DNA of 64,000 bases from Marsupella aquatica (lineage: Eukaryota > Plantae > Marchantiophyta). A model generated the notes under the pieces. That model ran no database searches. It was not told the origin of the DNA and was given only the letters and a program-made list of their open reading frames with translations. Shown here piece after piece: positions 51,611-63,803 of this stretch (positions are counted from its first letter, which is position 1; the number at the start of each line of letters is the position of its first letter). Made by a program: the position numbers and the translations under genes. The stretch lies in assembly GCA_973895155.1 (NCBI GenBank), contig OZ316896.1, positions 12,628,549-12,692,548 on the forward strand, in the 5' to 3' direction.

Positions 51611-53719
51611 TTATTGACTCGACAACTTCTTGGCTCCCTTCCGTGGAAGCCTTCTGAGAACGGCAGCACGAATTCCACCATCAGTCGAGAATTTACCAAT
51701 AGTTGCAACAGTAGCGGTTGTGCTTGCTGCCTTCTCCACCCCACGAGACATTATACACATGTGGCTGGCTTCAGCTACCACCATTGCCCCTTGCAACCCA
51801 GCAAAAGAAACAACTGCCTCTACAATCTGACGAGTCAATCTCTCTTGAACCTGAAGCCTTCCACTGTACATAGCGACGATTTTCAACACGAGTGACCGGT
51901 CAATGGGCCGGCTTCCCTTAGCACGGATGTATCCCACGTGCAAAACACCGAGGAAGGGTAGCAAATGGTGCTCACATAACGATGCGAAAGAGACATCTAG
52001 CTCCAAACTCAGTATACCCTCTGACAAGTTGTCCACTCCAGCTGAGACCTCCATTCTCGACAAACTGCTTCCATTGCTCATAGAACCGTTGGTGTCGCTC
52101 GGTGTAGTACCATTACCATATCTCACTACACCGTTACTAACCGTCGGATGTTCAGTGACACCACTACCTCCAACACGACTATGACGATGATTATTGCCCA
52201 AAATTCCATCACTCAAATGAGTATTCCCATTGCTCAAGGTGCCATTACTATGGGCAGTTCCATTGCTGTGGATGGCAGAAAAGCCATTGACGTGACTATT
52301 CTTCAACACCCCATGGCCATTCTCTGGGCCTGGAACCCCATTGCTCGATGAATCATTTCCATGGACCAAGAATTCATTCCCATTATTTTGAACAGTGCCA
52401 TTAGCAAGGCAGCCGTTCCACCCATGGCCATCCTGACCATGTTGGTACAGCGATGATGAACCCCTGCTTCCCTGAGTGGCAGCTAGAATCCATTTTACAT
52501 ACCTCGTGGCAGTACACCGAAGCTCTTCCCTGCTTGAATCTACGGCCATACCTCGCAAGAGAGACTCCACCCCCCGAGCCAATGCTGTGGCAGAGGCCAA
52601 TTCAGCAGCAGTGGGCAAAACCTTGCCGCGGCCAGACGAGCCGTTACAACTTACCTCTGATACAGTACAATTGTGATTTCCTGACGAGGAGGACAGCCCT
52701 TGCTCGTCATACACGAGAAACGGGCACGATGAGTTCATTTCATTGGCATATCCGTTTTCTGTGCCATTCAGAGAACTACTCTCCAAATCCACGCCCTCCA
52801 GCTGAAGAATGGTCAAGAACTCATCCCACAAACTACAGCGGAGATTCTTGAACTGCCCTTTGCCAGCGCAGACTGTAACAGGAACCCATCCAAATCCCAA
52901 ACGCTCTTCCGAGCAAAATCCACCATCTGTTCGAGTGGACAACTTGTGGCTCTCAGGACACAAAGCAGGCCATTGTAAATGCCATGTTTCGACCACCACA
53001 CCTACTCCCAGTGGCCCAAAGGATTCGTTCAGCGCTTCCACCAGCTGGTCTGCAAACTTCTGCGGGTTTTGCAACCGCTTGGCAAAACTCTCGGCCACGC
53101 GAGGGAATTTACTCAAGCCCACCACACGCTGGCCGCAGGGCACGTACACCACATGGCATCTCAGTCTGAAAGGCAAGAAGCAAGACTCACAAAGGGAGAA
53201 TGTGTCGATGTTGCTGACTACTACGATCCCTCCTGAACCCCCTCCACATCCAGTCCCACCGCCCGCACCAACCTCTGTGAACAGAGCTGGCCCAATAATC
53301 TCCTTGGCCGAGAGCTGGTAACCTAACATCCATCCATCATCGATCACAGCCAGATTAGAACCATAGCTGTAAACCCTAAGATGCTCTAATTGTGCATGCT
53401 TGCTTGCCTTTCTCAGAGATTGAGTCTCTGGACTGGACAGGGAGCTGGAGGCAACAACTGAATCGTCTCTCTTTTCTTTGTTCTTTCATTTTTCGTGGTT
53501 ACCTGCAAGTGCCCCTTGAAATGCAGATGCTACACGCAGAGGGGTCTTGCGAAGGCCTTCGCGCTGCACATCCTCTCCGATGCCTTCCAGCAGTACCTCC
53601 ACCGCCTCCATCATCTGTGCCAGCCGCAGCTGCCGACTGCCATCCTCGCCACCACCACCAGTGCTAGCACTAGTTGCTGTGGCACAGACCATATCCGGAG
53701 GTGTCACAGAAAATGCCAT
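51611..53719 (-). CDS. GCH1: GTP cyclohydrolase I (plant two-domain folate enzyme), 2 exons; true N-terminus uncertain
   Basis: Exon 53503-53719 (AVEVLLEGIGEDVQREGLRKTPLRVA) and exon 51611-53322 join across a phase-1 GT..AG intron. Domain 1 has FSLCESCFLPF and VVGLSKFPRVAESFAKRLQNPQ. Domain 2 has LCEHHLLPF, GRLQVQERLTRQI and EASHMCIMSRGVEK. Confidence 0.92.
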
Positions 53720-53728
53720 TCTTCCATG

Positions 53729-54539
53729 GAGGTCATTATGAATGGGAACACAATTTCGAATTCAACTCTGAGAACGAGTTATTCTTCGCTACTTCATGAC
53801 TAAGTTCCATGACTGTTTACTCTCAGACTTGGTATCACCGTGTGCCACTGACAGCTCACAGGGAACGAAGAAAGTCTTAATACACAAGGGGAATTTACCT
53901 CCATGGGCAAGCATGCCCCCAAGCTTGGCGTATGATGACAATTTCATATCAAGGTCACCCTCTATCTTACGAGCCTCCTTCCTCAGCTCCTCCCATCCCA
54001 GATCTCCGTCCTCCATTGCCGACCTGCCTGTTTTCTTTCGGCTCCAAAGTAAACCCTAATTGGTCTCAGGACCCTCCGTTTGCAAATCGGCCCCAAGTAT
54101 TTTCGACGCCCTCCTGAGCCTATTTCTCCTTCCACCGGGAATAATCGAGAAGAAATGGCGATGTTCACATCAAAACCAGTAGCATCTTAAGTCCAACCCT
54201 TGTGCTCAACTTCGTATCTCGACTACGCCATCGTCATTACAGCGCTCTGGGCTCGCTTTCTCACCACGTGAACTCATTATCTGGACCTTGCACCTCTAGT
54301 CAGCCAGCCCTGCCTGCGACCTCCATCCAGCCCGACGGCAGTGTCGATTTCGGAAACCTCCGGTAATTCTAAACAACGCAACCGATTGACTGAAGCTTGC
54401 TTTTGAAAGCCCATAGCTTCTCGTGAACCGTTTCCGTCTACTTGTCAACAGGATCGATCACAACCCAACCCAAACATTCAGTTCCTGCGCTTGCAATGGA
54501 AGACAACAACAACGGCGAGAACGAAGACGAAAATCCAAG
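53729..54539 (-). other. Partial duplicate of GOS12 5' region (upstream DNA, 5'UTR, intact exon 1 at 53899-54016, first ~170 nt of intron 1)
   Basis: Colinear with 40905-41755 at roughly 90% identity by eye. Exon 1 differs at 3 of 118 nt, and the ATG and GTAAAT donor are retained. Confidence 0.95.
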
Positions 54540-54627
54540 CTTCGGTACTCTTCCATTCACTTTCCAGCTTCAAGTCGGGTCACCCATTAGCACCACAAGA
54601 ACAGACGCCATTTCTTAATAGTCATCA

Positions 54628-54785
54628 CACAAGTGCTCTCAGGGATAAGGTACATTACACAATTTCTACCTTTCATTGATAAGAAAAATCTGATGGACGG
54701 GAGACAAGTGCTCTCAACTGAGGGATAAGGCACATTCCACAATTTCTACCTTTCATTGATAAGAAAAAATCTGATGGACGGGAGT
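54628..54785. repeat. ~76-bp tandem duplication
   Basis: ACAAGTGCTCTC..AGGGATAAGG.ACATT.CACAATTTCTACCTTTCATTGATAAGAAAAATCTGATGGACGGGAG occurs twice. Confidence 0.85.
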
Positions 54786-55580
54786 TGATGGGCGACGTGT
54801 AACTTTCTGAGAATTTCTACATTGTGCAAGAGTCCCTAACTCGACCAGTGAAGAGATTGACACAGTCATGGAATCGCCCTGCTCCCAATAATAAAGGACA
54901 CGAAAACACAAGATGCGCTTGCCCGTATTCTCACTCCCAAGTGACAGCCTCAAACTTAGTGGACGTGAGTGTCTTAAACCATTGCTGCCCCATCAAGAGC
55001 TGCGGGTGACCAGTGGACATAAGTGTCTTAAACCATTGCTGCCCCATCCCAAAGCTACCAGTGACGGGTAGGATCAAATTTCACTATTAAAAGAAAATTT
55101 TCTAAATTGTGGAGGAGACTGGCACTCTCAGGAGTCAGGAAAGAAAAGTGAGTGGAATGTGGAAAAAGGGAAAAGACTGGCACCTTGAGGAAAGAAGTGA
55201 ATGGAATGTGGAAAAGGAAAAGGAAAAAGTATTGGAAGCTTCCCTCTTTTATATGGGTAATTGTGGTTTAAGTAAGAGTGCAAGTGGGACATGGACAGGC
55301 AGTTTCTTGATTAGTTGGTAATTGTGGTTTAACTAAGTACCCAAGTGGGACATGGACAGTCAGCTTTGGATCAGTTACTAAACCAGAAATTAGGGGGTCT
55401 CAAAACTCAAAATTGGATGGTCTTCACGGACAGAAAACATTATGGAGTACCAAATTCATGATACCTAAACTTTTGCCAGAAAGATTGGTCATATGCCATG
55501 ACCATGACCACAAGTCACTGTAGAGGCAACCGCCTTCTGTTTATGACCAAAAGTCATCATCCATAATGATGATGGTTTGA

Positions 55581-56304
55581 GACTCCCTCTTGGAACTATG
55601 CACCTTCATTTTGCAAAAATGCTGAGATGGACTGCAGTGAAACCCTCTCTCCTGCTTATAAAGTAAATGTTACAACTATGAGTGAAATTTGAAAAGAAAA
55701 CTAGACAGTCACCTTTGGAACTTCTTTAGCATTTCAATCTTCAATGAAATCTGACCATATTCTGCTCACTGGAAAGATCTTTCCAAGCCGCCTCTGATTA
55801 GCCCAGTAACAGCTGATTCCATTCTACATCACAGGAGATGATGATTGTCAAAAAAAACTGGTCAAAACAATTTCAGAAGTGCAAAGTTTGGACACTCAGA
55901 GATCGAGTAATCTTTATCATAACTCTCTCAATTCTTCACAAAACTAGCATATTAGATTTATTGGAAAGATCTTCCTTCTGCCTAGCCCGTAAACAGCTGA
56001 GATAGATAATGAAGGTCAAAGTTTGCTACAAGACTTGTTTGAAAACAAGAAACATGCCAATGAGTGAAGAAGTGAATGGTGTCATGGTGGGGTTGAATAG
56101 TTGATGGCGTGGTCCATCTAGGCTTCAACTGCTTATAAACTGAAAGCCTGTAAAGGACCAATTTATTGAAAATTGCCAAACAAAGTACAATGGACTAGCA
56201 AAAGAAATTAGTCTAGAGAGAACATACACCACATTCAAAATCTCAAAAGCCTAGTATCATACTGAATGCACTTCTTTCTCATTTTTAAGGACAACTTTCC
56301 TTCT
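55581..56304. repeat. Dispersed/duplicated block, homologous to 44026-44787
   Basis: Same orientation and shared motifs as listed for 44026-44787. Confidence 0.85.
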
Positions 56305-56626
56305 TAGGACCTGGGAAGACTAAATCTGAGCAGAGTTGCGTGCAAGTGCAGGAGGGAGCTGGGTTGTGGTGTGGCTGCGGTGCTGCAGTGAGGTGGAACG
56401 CCCAACTGCAGGCTTCATTAATGAGCCTGCAACCTGTCCAAGGGAGGTCATCATTTGGGAATGACCCCTCGCTTGCGGAGCTTGGTTTAGGGAGTTGAGG
56501 TCGTGCATGCAGCCGGCCCTCCCCCAACCCTCCACCTTCTTTCTCCTTACAACACTTGTGCGGGCTGCGTGTTGGCTTCAAAAAGTGGGACGATGCCTTG
56601 ATGGGTGGGTGGCCCTTGATGGCCTC

Positions 56627-56979
56627 TGTTAGGTGTTTACTCTTAGGTCGACAGTTACTTTATAACCATAGCTAGTCAGGCCCTAGTCAGGTGCTTGGTT
56701 GCGGTTAGATCATTGTGCAGCTATACTTACACTAGAAGGACTTAGTGCGTGGAACTTAGGCTCATTGTTACGGAGCTAGTTGGCAGACAGGAAGAACTTA
56801 GTTTGTGGAGACTTGGTTATGGGTGATGGGCTTAGAGTTCACTTAAACTCTCTTGTGTGTTCCCGTGAGTATGGCCTCTCAGAGGTGAACCACGTATCTA
56901 TTGTGTGGACTACTTGTGTATCTAGTGGATGTTACTTATGTGTATGCTATCTTGTGAGTGATGGTTGTTTTAATCAACA
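56627..56979 (-). mobile_element. Solo LTR (family A, diverged, reverse orientation)
   Basis: TGTTAGG..TTTACTCTTAGGTC start and ..TCAACA end. It contains reverse complements of the family motifs (GGCTCATTGTTACGGAGCTAGTTG, GGTGAACCACGTATCT). TSD is GCCTC/GTCTC. Confidence 0.75.
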
Positions 56980-57776
56980 GTCTCTACCCCTACTCTACCT
57001 TGGCTATGTGCGGCATTGGCTTGGAACCCAGAGCTCTGGTTTGCGAAGTGGGTCAGTCATTGTTGGCTTGGGACGTTTTGAGGGACACTTGGAGGCCTGG
57101 GTTAGCGGGGTTCTTGAGGGTGTTCCTGGATGTTAGGCCTATGTGGTGCAAGATGATTGGTATTAACCTTTCATCCACGCAACCAGTGGTTAGGTTCGCG
57201 GGGGGTCCTTCTCTTGTTTGAGGTTCATGTACTTCACCCCCTCAATTTATTTTTGTGTGTCTCAATTTTTTTCATCAGTCCTTTTTTGTTGCTCCTTGTT
57301 ATAACTTGGAATATTTTTCAAAGATTCATTCAAATATGTTTAAATGTTTTCTAAAGTTTTATAAATATTCTCTAAATATTACATAAAATATTTTTTGAAT
57401 ATTCTTGTAAGATACCTCAGAACTTTCCTAGGCAATGAGGTAGTTTGACGGAGAATAAAAAATTATATAGAAGGATGCAAATGTTGTGTGCTAGGAAAGA
57501 ACCTGAGAAGGTTTCAAGTGAGGTGTCCTTCGAAAAACCATCGAAGATTCCTAGTAAGCTACGTTAGATAAAAAATTCAAGAAATTTGTTAAGGTGGGCC
57601 AGCTTTTGAAAGAATCCTTTTACCAAGCATTACAAATATGAAAGCATGATAAACATCTAACTCCTTCGCAGTTCTCATCATTACCTAATAGTCTTGCTCA
57701 TAGATGTGCATGAATGTTGGGCCAAGTCAAAAGGAGGCAACAATCGGTATGACGGAGTTGAGATATTACACGAGTT

Positions 57777-58120
57777 TGTTGAGCATAGACAATATTCGCA
57801 ACGGTAAGCCCATGAACCATCCAACGCACAATAGTCGACACAGAGAGATACGTGGTTCACCTCCACATCAGGCTACGTCCACAGGAACACACAAGAGCTT
57901 TACTGCACTCTAGGCCGACCAGTCATACCAAACATCCACAGCACAAGCTCTCTCTATCTCTCAACTAGCTCCGTAACAATGAGCCTAAGTTCCACCAGGG
58001 TCTGGCATCAGCCCTGGCTATATGCACAACAACACTACCACTAACATTAGCTAAGTCCTAACCCGAGTTAGACTAACTGTGGTTAGCTCATGAGTCACAA
58101 GACTAGAGCAATATCTAACA
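57777..58120 (+). mobile_element. Solo LTR (family A)
   Basis: TGTTGAGCATAG...CTAACA, 344 bp, with a perfect 5-bp TSD GAGTT. The first two-thirds is closely similar to 42335-42681. Confidence 0.85.
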
Positions 58121-59328
58121 GAGTTCTCACAATTTATTCTCATTCTTTGTGCGACAACAAGAGCCGGTTGTCTCCCCTTCCTCATGCACCCCTTTGCTTC
58201 CTGTCCATTCTCATCCTTGGGCTTTTTTGAGTGGAGAATGTTGACTCTTGATAGATGATTTTATGGAGCTTCTACCCAATGACTCCCCTCTTCCTTGTCT
58301 TGCATGCCATCCTCCTTGACCCTGTCGCCTTCACATCCTGTTTGGGGTTCTTGTGCCTCTTTTCTGTTTAACCCCCTATGGTTCATATATCTTCCTCCTC
58401 CAATTATCTTTCCGTCATTTTGTCCCCTTCGAATGCCCTTGAATTCCCCTTTCTAACCCCCTCCCTGACGCACCAGTTGCCAACCTGCCTTAGGATCCAT
58501 TGTGTTGTGCCCCATGGATCTTGTTTCAGAACATTATCTCCCATCTGGTTTGTTTGCTGGTTCTACTTGAACCCTCTTCATCCTACCTATCAGTTGTGCA
58601 CTAGAGCAGGCATACATCAAATGAAAGCGCAAGTCACGCAACCCCAGCAAAGCAAATGAGTCCGGAGGCAGATGCACTTGCGCTCTTATGTTTGCCCCCA
58701 AAGGGGTAGAGCAAAGCTATGTCTGTACCACCAACCGCCTATCCTAGCTGAGGTGACAACATTGTCACTTGTACGAATTTCAAAAGTGAATCGCCATAAC
58801 GTATCTTCAGTCCTTTGCTATCAAAGTACAAGGTCAACTTAATAGTTTGCATGTTCATTAACATTCTTTAATCTTTTGCCAGAATAACATAGGAATCACC
58901 AAAACCTATGTTACTTTGCCAAGAAAAACATTCACACTCAAATTTCATACTAAACACAACCAGTTGGTCACGATGAACCCCAAACGCTTCTCAGTCTTGG
59001 TCCCCAAAGTCTATAATAACAATTGTTGGGATAAATCTAGAACAAACAAGACAACCTCAACATATGTGAACAATATCCGTAGAACAACGCAAGGGTATTT
59101 TTAATGCATTTTGAAGTAATAATTATAAATAGATTAGAAATTAAGTAGCCACAAAAATCACTTGGCCATTTCTAGGTAATAATATGTTTGTCAAATGTGT
59201 GGCATATTAGTTTTACATAGGGGGAGCATATTGGGCATAACATATGGCAGTATATAGTTGGTCCATATGTTCAGTGCTAAGTGGTCGGACAGTGTATGCA
59301 TACTAACTATATATATGCACGTGACACT

Positions 59329-60170
59329 TGTAAAAAATCATCAGCTCAAAATAGACAGCAAATGCAGAACATGAGAATATTCAATCTCACACTACACCAC
59401 AACACACCATGATGGAGAAACTCCTGAAGGATCCATGGTTCATGAGAAAGTACATGTGACAAATGAGGAAGAGAATGCTCTCCCTCCAACCTATACCCCC
59501 AAAGGGGGGCTGAGATGTGTGGACCTAAACTAAGCGAATCTTATCCTAATATAATCCAAGGTTAATTAACCCTAGTAATGCCAAACTAATTAAAAGTCAA
59601 AAACTTGAGTCAGTTCCTAACAATCTCCACCTTGACTTTAGTTCACACAATGAGTCAGGTTATACACAATATGTGACTAAGTAATACATTTATAGAGTCT
59701 CATCTTTGGCCTTAACATTAACCATATCCACACAATGACTAAAGTCATCGGTAGGTAAAACTTTGATAAGCATGTATGTTGCACTCTTCTCTAAAGCCAC
59801 CTTCTCCAGAAACATTTGCTTTGTCTCAATCACCTCATGGATGAAGTGATAATGACTGTTAATGTGCTTTGTCCTGGCCTGAAACACAAGGTTCTTAGCC
59901 AGATGCAAAGCACTTTGACTATCATAGAGTAGCACTGATCATTCGGGTGAAAGATCCAGATGACTCACCAATCTTTGTAGTCAGATCAGCTCCTTGGTTG
60001 ACTCACAGACAACCATGTAGACAACCATGTACTCAGCCTCAGTAGTAGACAACATTGCAGCACATGATTGAGTTGCTAACTTCCAATTCATACTACCTCC
60101 ATCTAACATAAACACATAGCCTATAGTAAACTTCTTGTTATCTAAGTTACCAACATAATTTGAGTACAGC
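59329..60170 (-). mobile_element. Ty1/Copia retrotransposon 3' remnant (RNase H, PPT, 3' LTR)
   Basis: Degenerate Copia RNase H peptides GYVFMLDGGSMNWK..LSTTEAEYM and YDSQSALHLAKN.VFQARTKHI..YHFIHE. The purine tract AAGGTGGAGA immediately precedes TGTTAG at 59622 on the minus strand. The distal LTR end (~59329) is approximate. Confidence 0.85.
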
Positions 60171-60949
60171 CAAGCCGTGTGCTTCCCATGGGAACTTGCA
60201 TTGGGGAGGCAATGTAGATTAGGCATGGGTGTTGAGGTCCAAGTGCATTTGGCCCCTAGACTCTCAATTGGGTTAGAATCTTGGAGATGGTCACTAGAGT
60301 CAGGGCTCGGCGTTTAGGACAAACTAGTTTATTCAGGCCATGAGCATGTTCTGGGGGCACGAAAATTAGCCAATGAAGGATAGAAAGTGGAGAAGCATGT
60401 GCGGCACCTGATGGAGGAGTTGTTCTGGACAGGACTTAGGCAAGAGTGCTAGAATTGGTGAGGGCACTGGGGGACAAGGTCCACCACTTTGTTTTTCTTG
60501 TCTATTGTTGGGTTAGAAAAATTAAATCATAGTGTGCACGGGAGCGTCTCAGTGGGTTAACTTAGTGTATATTTTGGGATATCACATGCTATCCTAGCCC
60601 AATATAAATACACTTATTTTCTAAAGAAAATATTCCAAGAATAGTCTTTATTTTAAAAATTAATTATGTATTTTATTTATAAAAGGTATATATTAGAAAA
60701 TATTCTATAAATATGAGTTTATAATACATTTTTTTTGTCTCCCACTCTTTTAAAAAATTTAGCTAGTTTTTGTAAAAAATACCCATTTTTGATTGCACGT
60801 GGTTCCTACGGTTTTTTTTTATAGTTGACCCCCCAATGCGAGGGTGTAGCAGTCTCAAGTTGTTGTAAAATCATGGGATCAGCTCAACTTGTGATGAGAA
60901 AGATCCAAATTAGGGGGCTTTCCCTCATGTATGGCCTTCATTGTAGCAA

Positions 60950-61260
60950 AAGGCAGCTTGTGATACTTCAAGACTTTAATGCAAGGACCAGGAGTACATC
61001 TGCCTCTGCCTCTGATCCTGGGTTGCACTTAGTCAATGATAAAGTACAAGTGGAGCTTGGTGGTAATACTATGAGAGGAGCCAAATCCAATGGCTCAATG
61101 GCAATGGAGACATGAGTTGCTACAAGTCATTATGTTTGTTTATTAATTGACCTGAACCCTCTTAAGGAAGAATTATGTCCATAAAGTAGTGTTGATGAAG
61201 TTGAGGAGGCCAATACTATGGTCTTGTCATTTATCGAATATATATAGTGGGTCCTGTAGA
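60950..61260 (+). mobile_element. Possible decayed LINE apurinic-like endonuclease fragment
   Basis: LVILQDFNART resembles the APE motif (V/I)ILGDFNAR. The downstream SNG.. and S.IEYI-like peptides are interrupted by stops. Confidence 0.35.
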
Positions 61261-63476
61261 TTATTATTCCATACATGAAGCTGATGATTGGTATGTACAG
61301 TATTATTCTGTGCCTATCACTGTGCATGGGATTCAAAGTTAGTAGTGTATCTCTTCCTGCTCCAATGTTTAAGTGGGATTTGCAATGGAGCTCTCGGCTA
61401 TCCAACCAGTAGTATAAGTAGTATATTAGCAAAAGTCCTTCATATAATTATGAGTAAGGCATCAAGAAGACTTTGTAGTCTAGTGATATTTAATATAGTA
61501 CTGATAAAATGTATACTCGTATTACTTCTATGATCAATATGTTTGTGGTTTTGGTTGTCATAGGAAATTTTTTAAATATGGATGAAGGGTATTATAAATG
61601 CATTTTATCACTACATTATAAGAATAGGAAGTGTTCTAATTATTGTTCAAAATCCCAGTGTTATAACTAACAAGGGAATTAACGGGGAGACAATTCTAAT
61701 AAGGGGTACAAATGGGGGCTTGATCTCAGGGGGTTCACTTGACTTTGTAGGAGTGAGGACCCAGGGGTCCAGATCTGACTGTACATAGATCTAACTATCA
61801 TGATTTAATTCTACAAAACTTTTGCTAGATGAGGCTTCTCAACCCCGTCGTAGGTGCCACATGCACAAAAGGAAACCTGCTCTCTAACTATAGCTAGCTG
61901 AGAATTTGTCAAGGGTACTGCAGTACATTTGTAGTTCAAACCTTCAGCCAACTCGCTGCCCAAGCTGTTCGAGGTGGCAGCCCCACTTTTTTCCCCTCTT
62001 TTGCCTTTTTCCTTCTTCTCTTTCCGCTTGCAGCTGCCCCACTTTCTTTTATCTTCTTTCCCCCTCTCTTTCAGCTTGCAACTTATGATGGGTTACTTCT
62101 AGGCATTCCATCATGTAAAGGAGAACCCATCCATATCCAATTTACTGCGAGTGCAGGTGCCAACGAATGACAGTCGGTACAACAAAAAGTACTTAGTACA
62201 GTGTTAAGGGCAAGACCCTTGCATTGCAACATAGGGTCCAGGTTTGAATTCTTGCACTAGCCACTAACACCCCTACAGGTAATCACACATCAAAATGTGA
62301 TGATATATGGCGTGCACTCATTGATTTAAAGAAAATAACACAGTTTATCGTGGTATGGAGCAATATACTAAACCATGTATGTCATATTTTGATGTGCAGT
62401 TACCAGGACCCAACTAACATCTGGACGGCGTAATCCCTGGTCCAAGAACCTAGTAATCTCCTCCTTGTCCAATCCTTGTGCTGAAGGGTGTGTGGAAAGA
62501 GAGCAATACAAAGTGAAGCATGAATTGAGGACCTGCAACTGAGCGTTCTGTGCCAGGTTGGGTTACAATGTTGACACATGGTACTGACATATACACATGA
62601 CAAGTCAACCATCTTGAGTGCTGGAGGACATTCTATAAGCTTGTACCTGCCCATGGATTCAATCTATTTTCTCTCAAAACGAGCTTCAAGCATTTTGGGT
62701 AAGTGAGATATCCTTTGCAGGGTCTGTTATTTACACAAAAATATCCAAATCAACTACTATAATATGGGATCCCACCACATCTCACCCATTTGTCACTTTA
62801 CAAACTTGAAAAAGGAGAGAATCATACCTACCATCAGATGTTGTCCAGGGTAATGTGAGACTCTTGGATTGGCTAGAAGACCCAAGATTTTTTGTCAGTA
62901 GACTACAAAGTATAGTACATGTACTACAGTATAGTGATGAAAATGCTAGCTATAACCACATATAAAGTCTTTTTTTGGCGTGGAACATTAAAAGAATAGA
63001 CGAGCCTGAGATTGAGGCTAGGTTTTAGGCATGGAGGAGTAAAGGGCAGGCAAATTGACATGAGAAAGCATATTGTCTTTTATGTTGGGAGAGGAATTTT
63101 CATTTTTCGGAAGTTTATTTGATCTTTTCTTCCCAGTTTTTTCTCTTTCTTTAATCATTGTGTTAGACGGATGAAAAAAAGGAAAGGGAGGGGAGGGGAC
63201 TGAGGGGAGGGGAGGGGACGTGAGGCAAGCATGGAGGCAATGGGAGGGCAAGGGAGAGTGGGAGGAAAGAAAGGGACGGCATGGATGGGAGAGGGGGAAA
63301 AAACAGTAAGGCAAAAAGTTAACGTGTTCTCTCGGATATAGCCAGCTCATCCTGGAACTTAGTTACTCAGTTGTCTTGTACCGCAGTAAAACTTGTTAGT
63401 CTATCTTAATGAGTCAAATCATGGGCAATTGGAAGAGTTGAGCCAAGTCACTGCCCTTGCTGCCAAATTCCAACAG

Positions 63477-63803
63477 TGTTAAAGATTGCTCTTAGTCTTG
63501 TGACTCAAAGGTTAAGGCACTTAGGCTAACCACAATTAGGGTCGTTAGGTTAGTTGTGTGTGACCTTGTATATACCAGGGCTAGTGTAAGTCGCTAGTGT
63601 GTGGTGCTTACTCATTGTAACGGAGCAACTTGAGGAAGAGGGAGAGCATGTGTGTTTGTCTACTCTTGAAGTAAAGCTTGAGTGTTCGTGTGGACGTAGC
63701 CTTAGAAAAGAGGTGAACCACGTAGAGATTGCGTCTACTACGTGTGCATGGAATGAGTAATGATTGGATCGTCATGTTCAAAGGAAGACGTCATAGTTCA
63801 ACA
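63477..63803 (-). mobile_element. Solo LTR (family A relative, reverse orientation, old)
   Basis: The start TGTTAAAGATTGCTCTTAGTCTTGTGACTC matches the reverse complement of the 58120 end. It contains CTCATTGTAACGGAGC and GTGGACGTAGCCT..AGGTGAACCACGTA, and ends TTCAACA. The TSD is degenerate. Confidence 0.7.
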
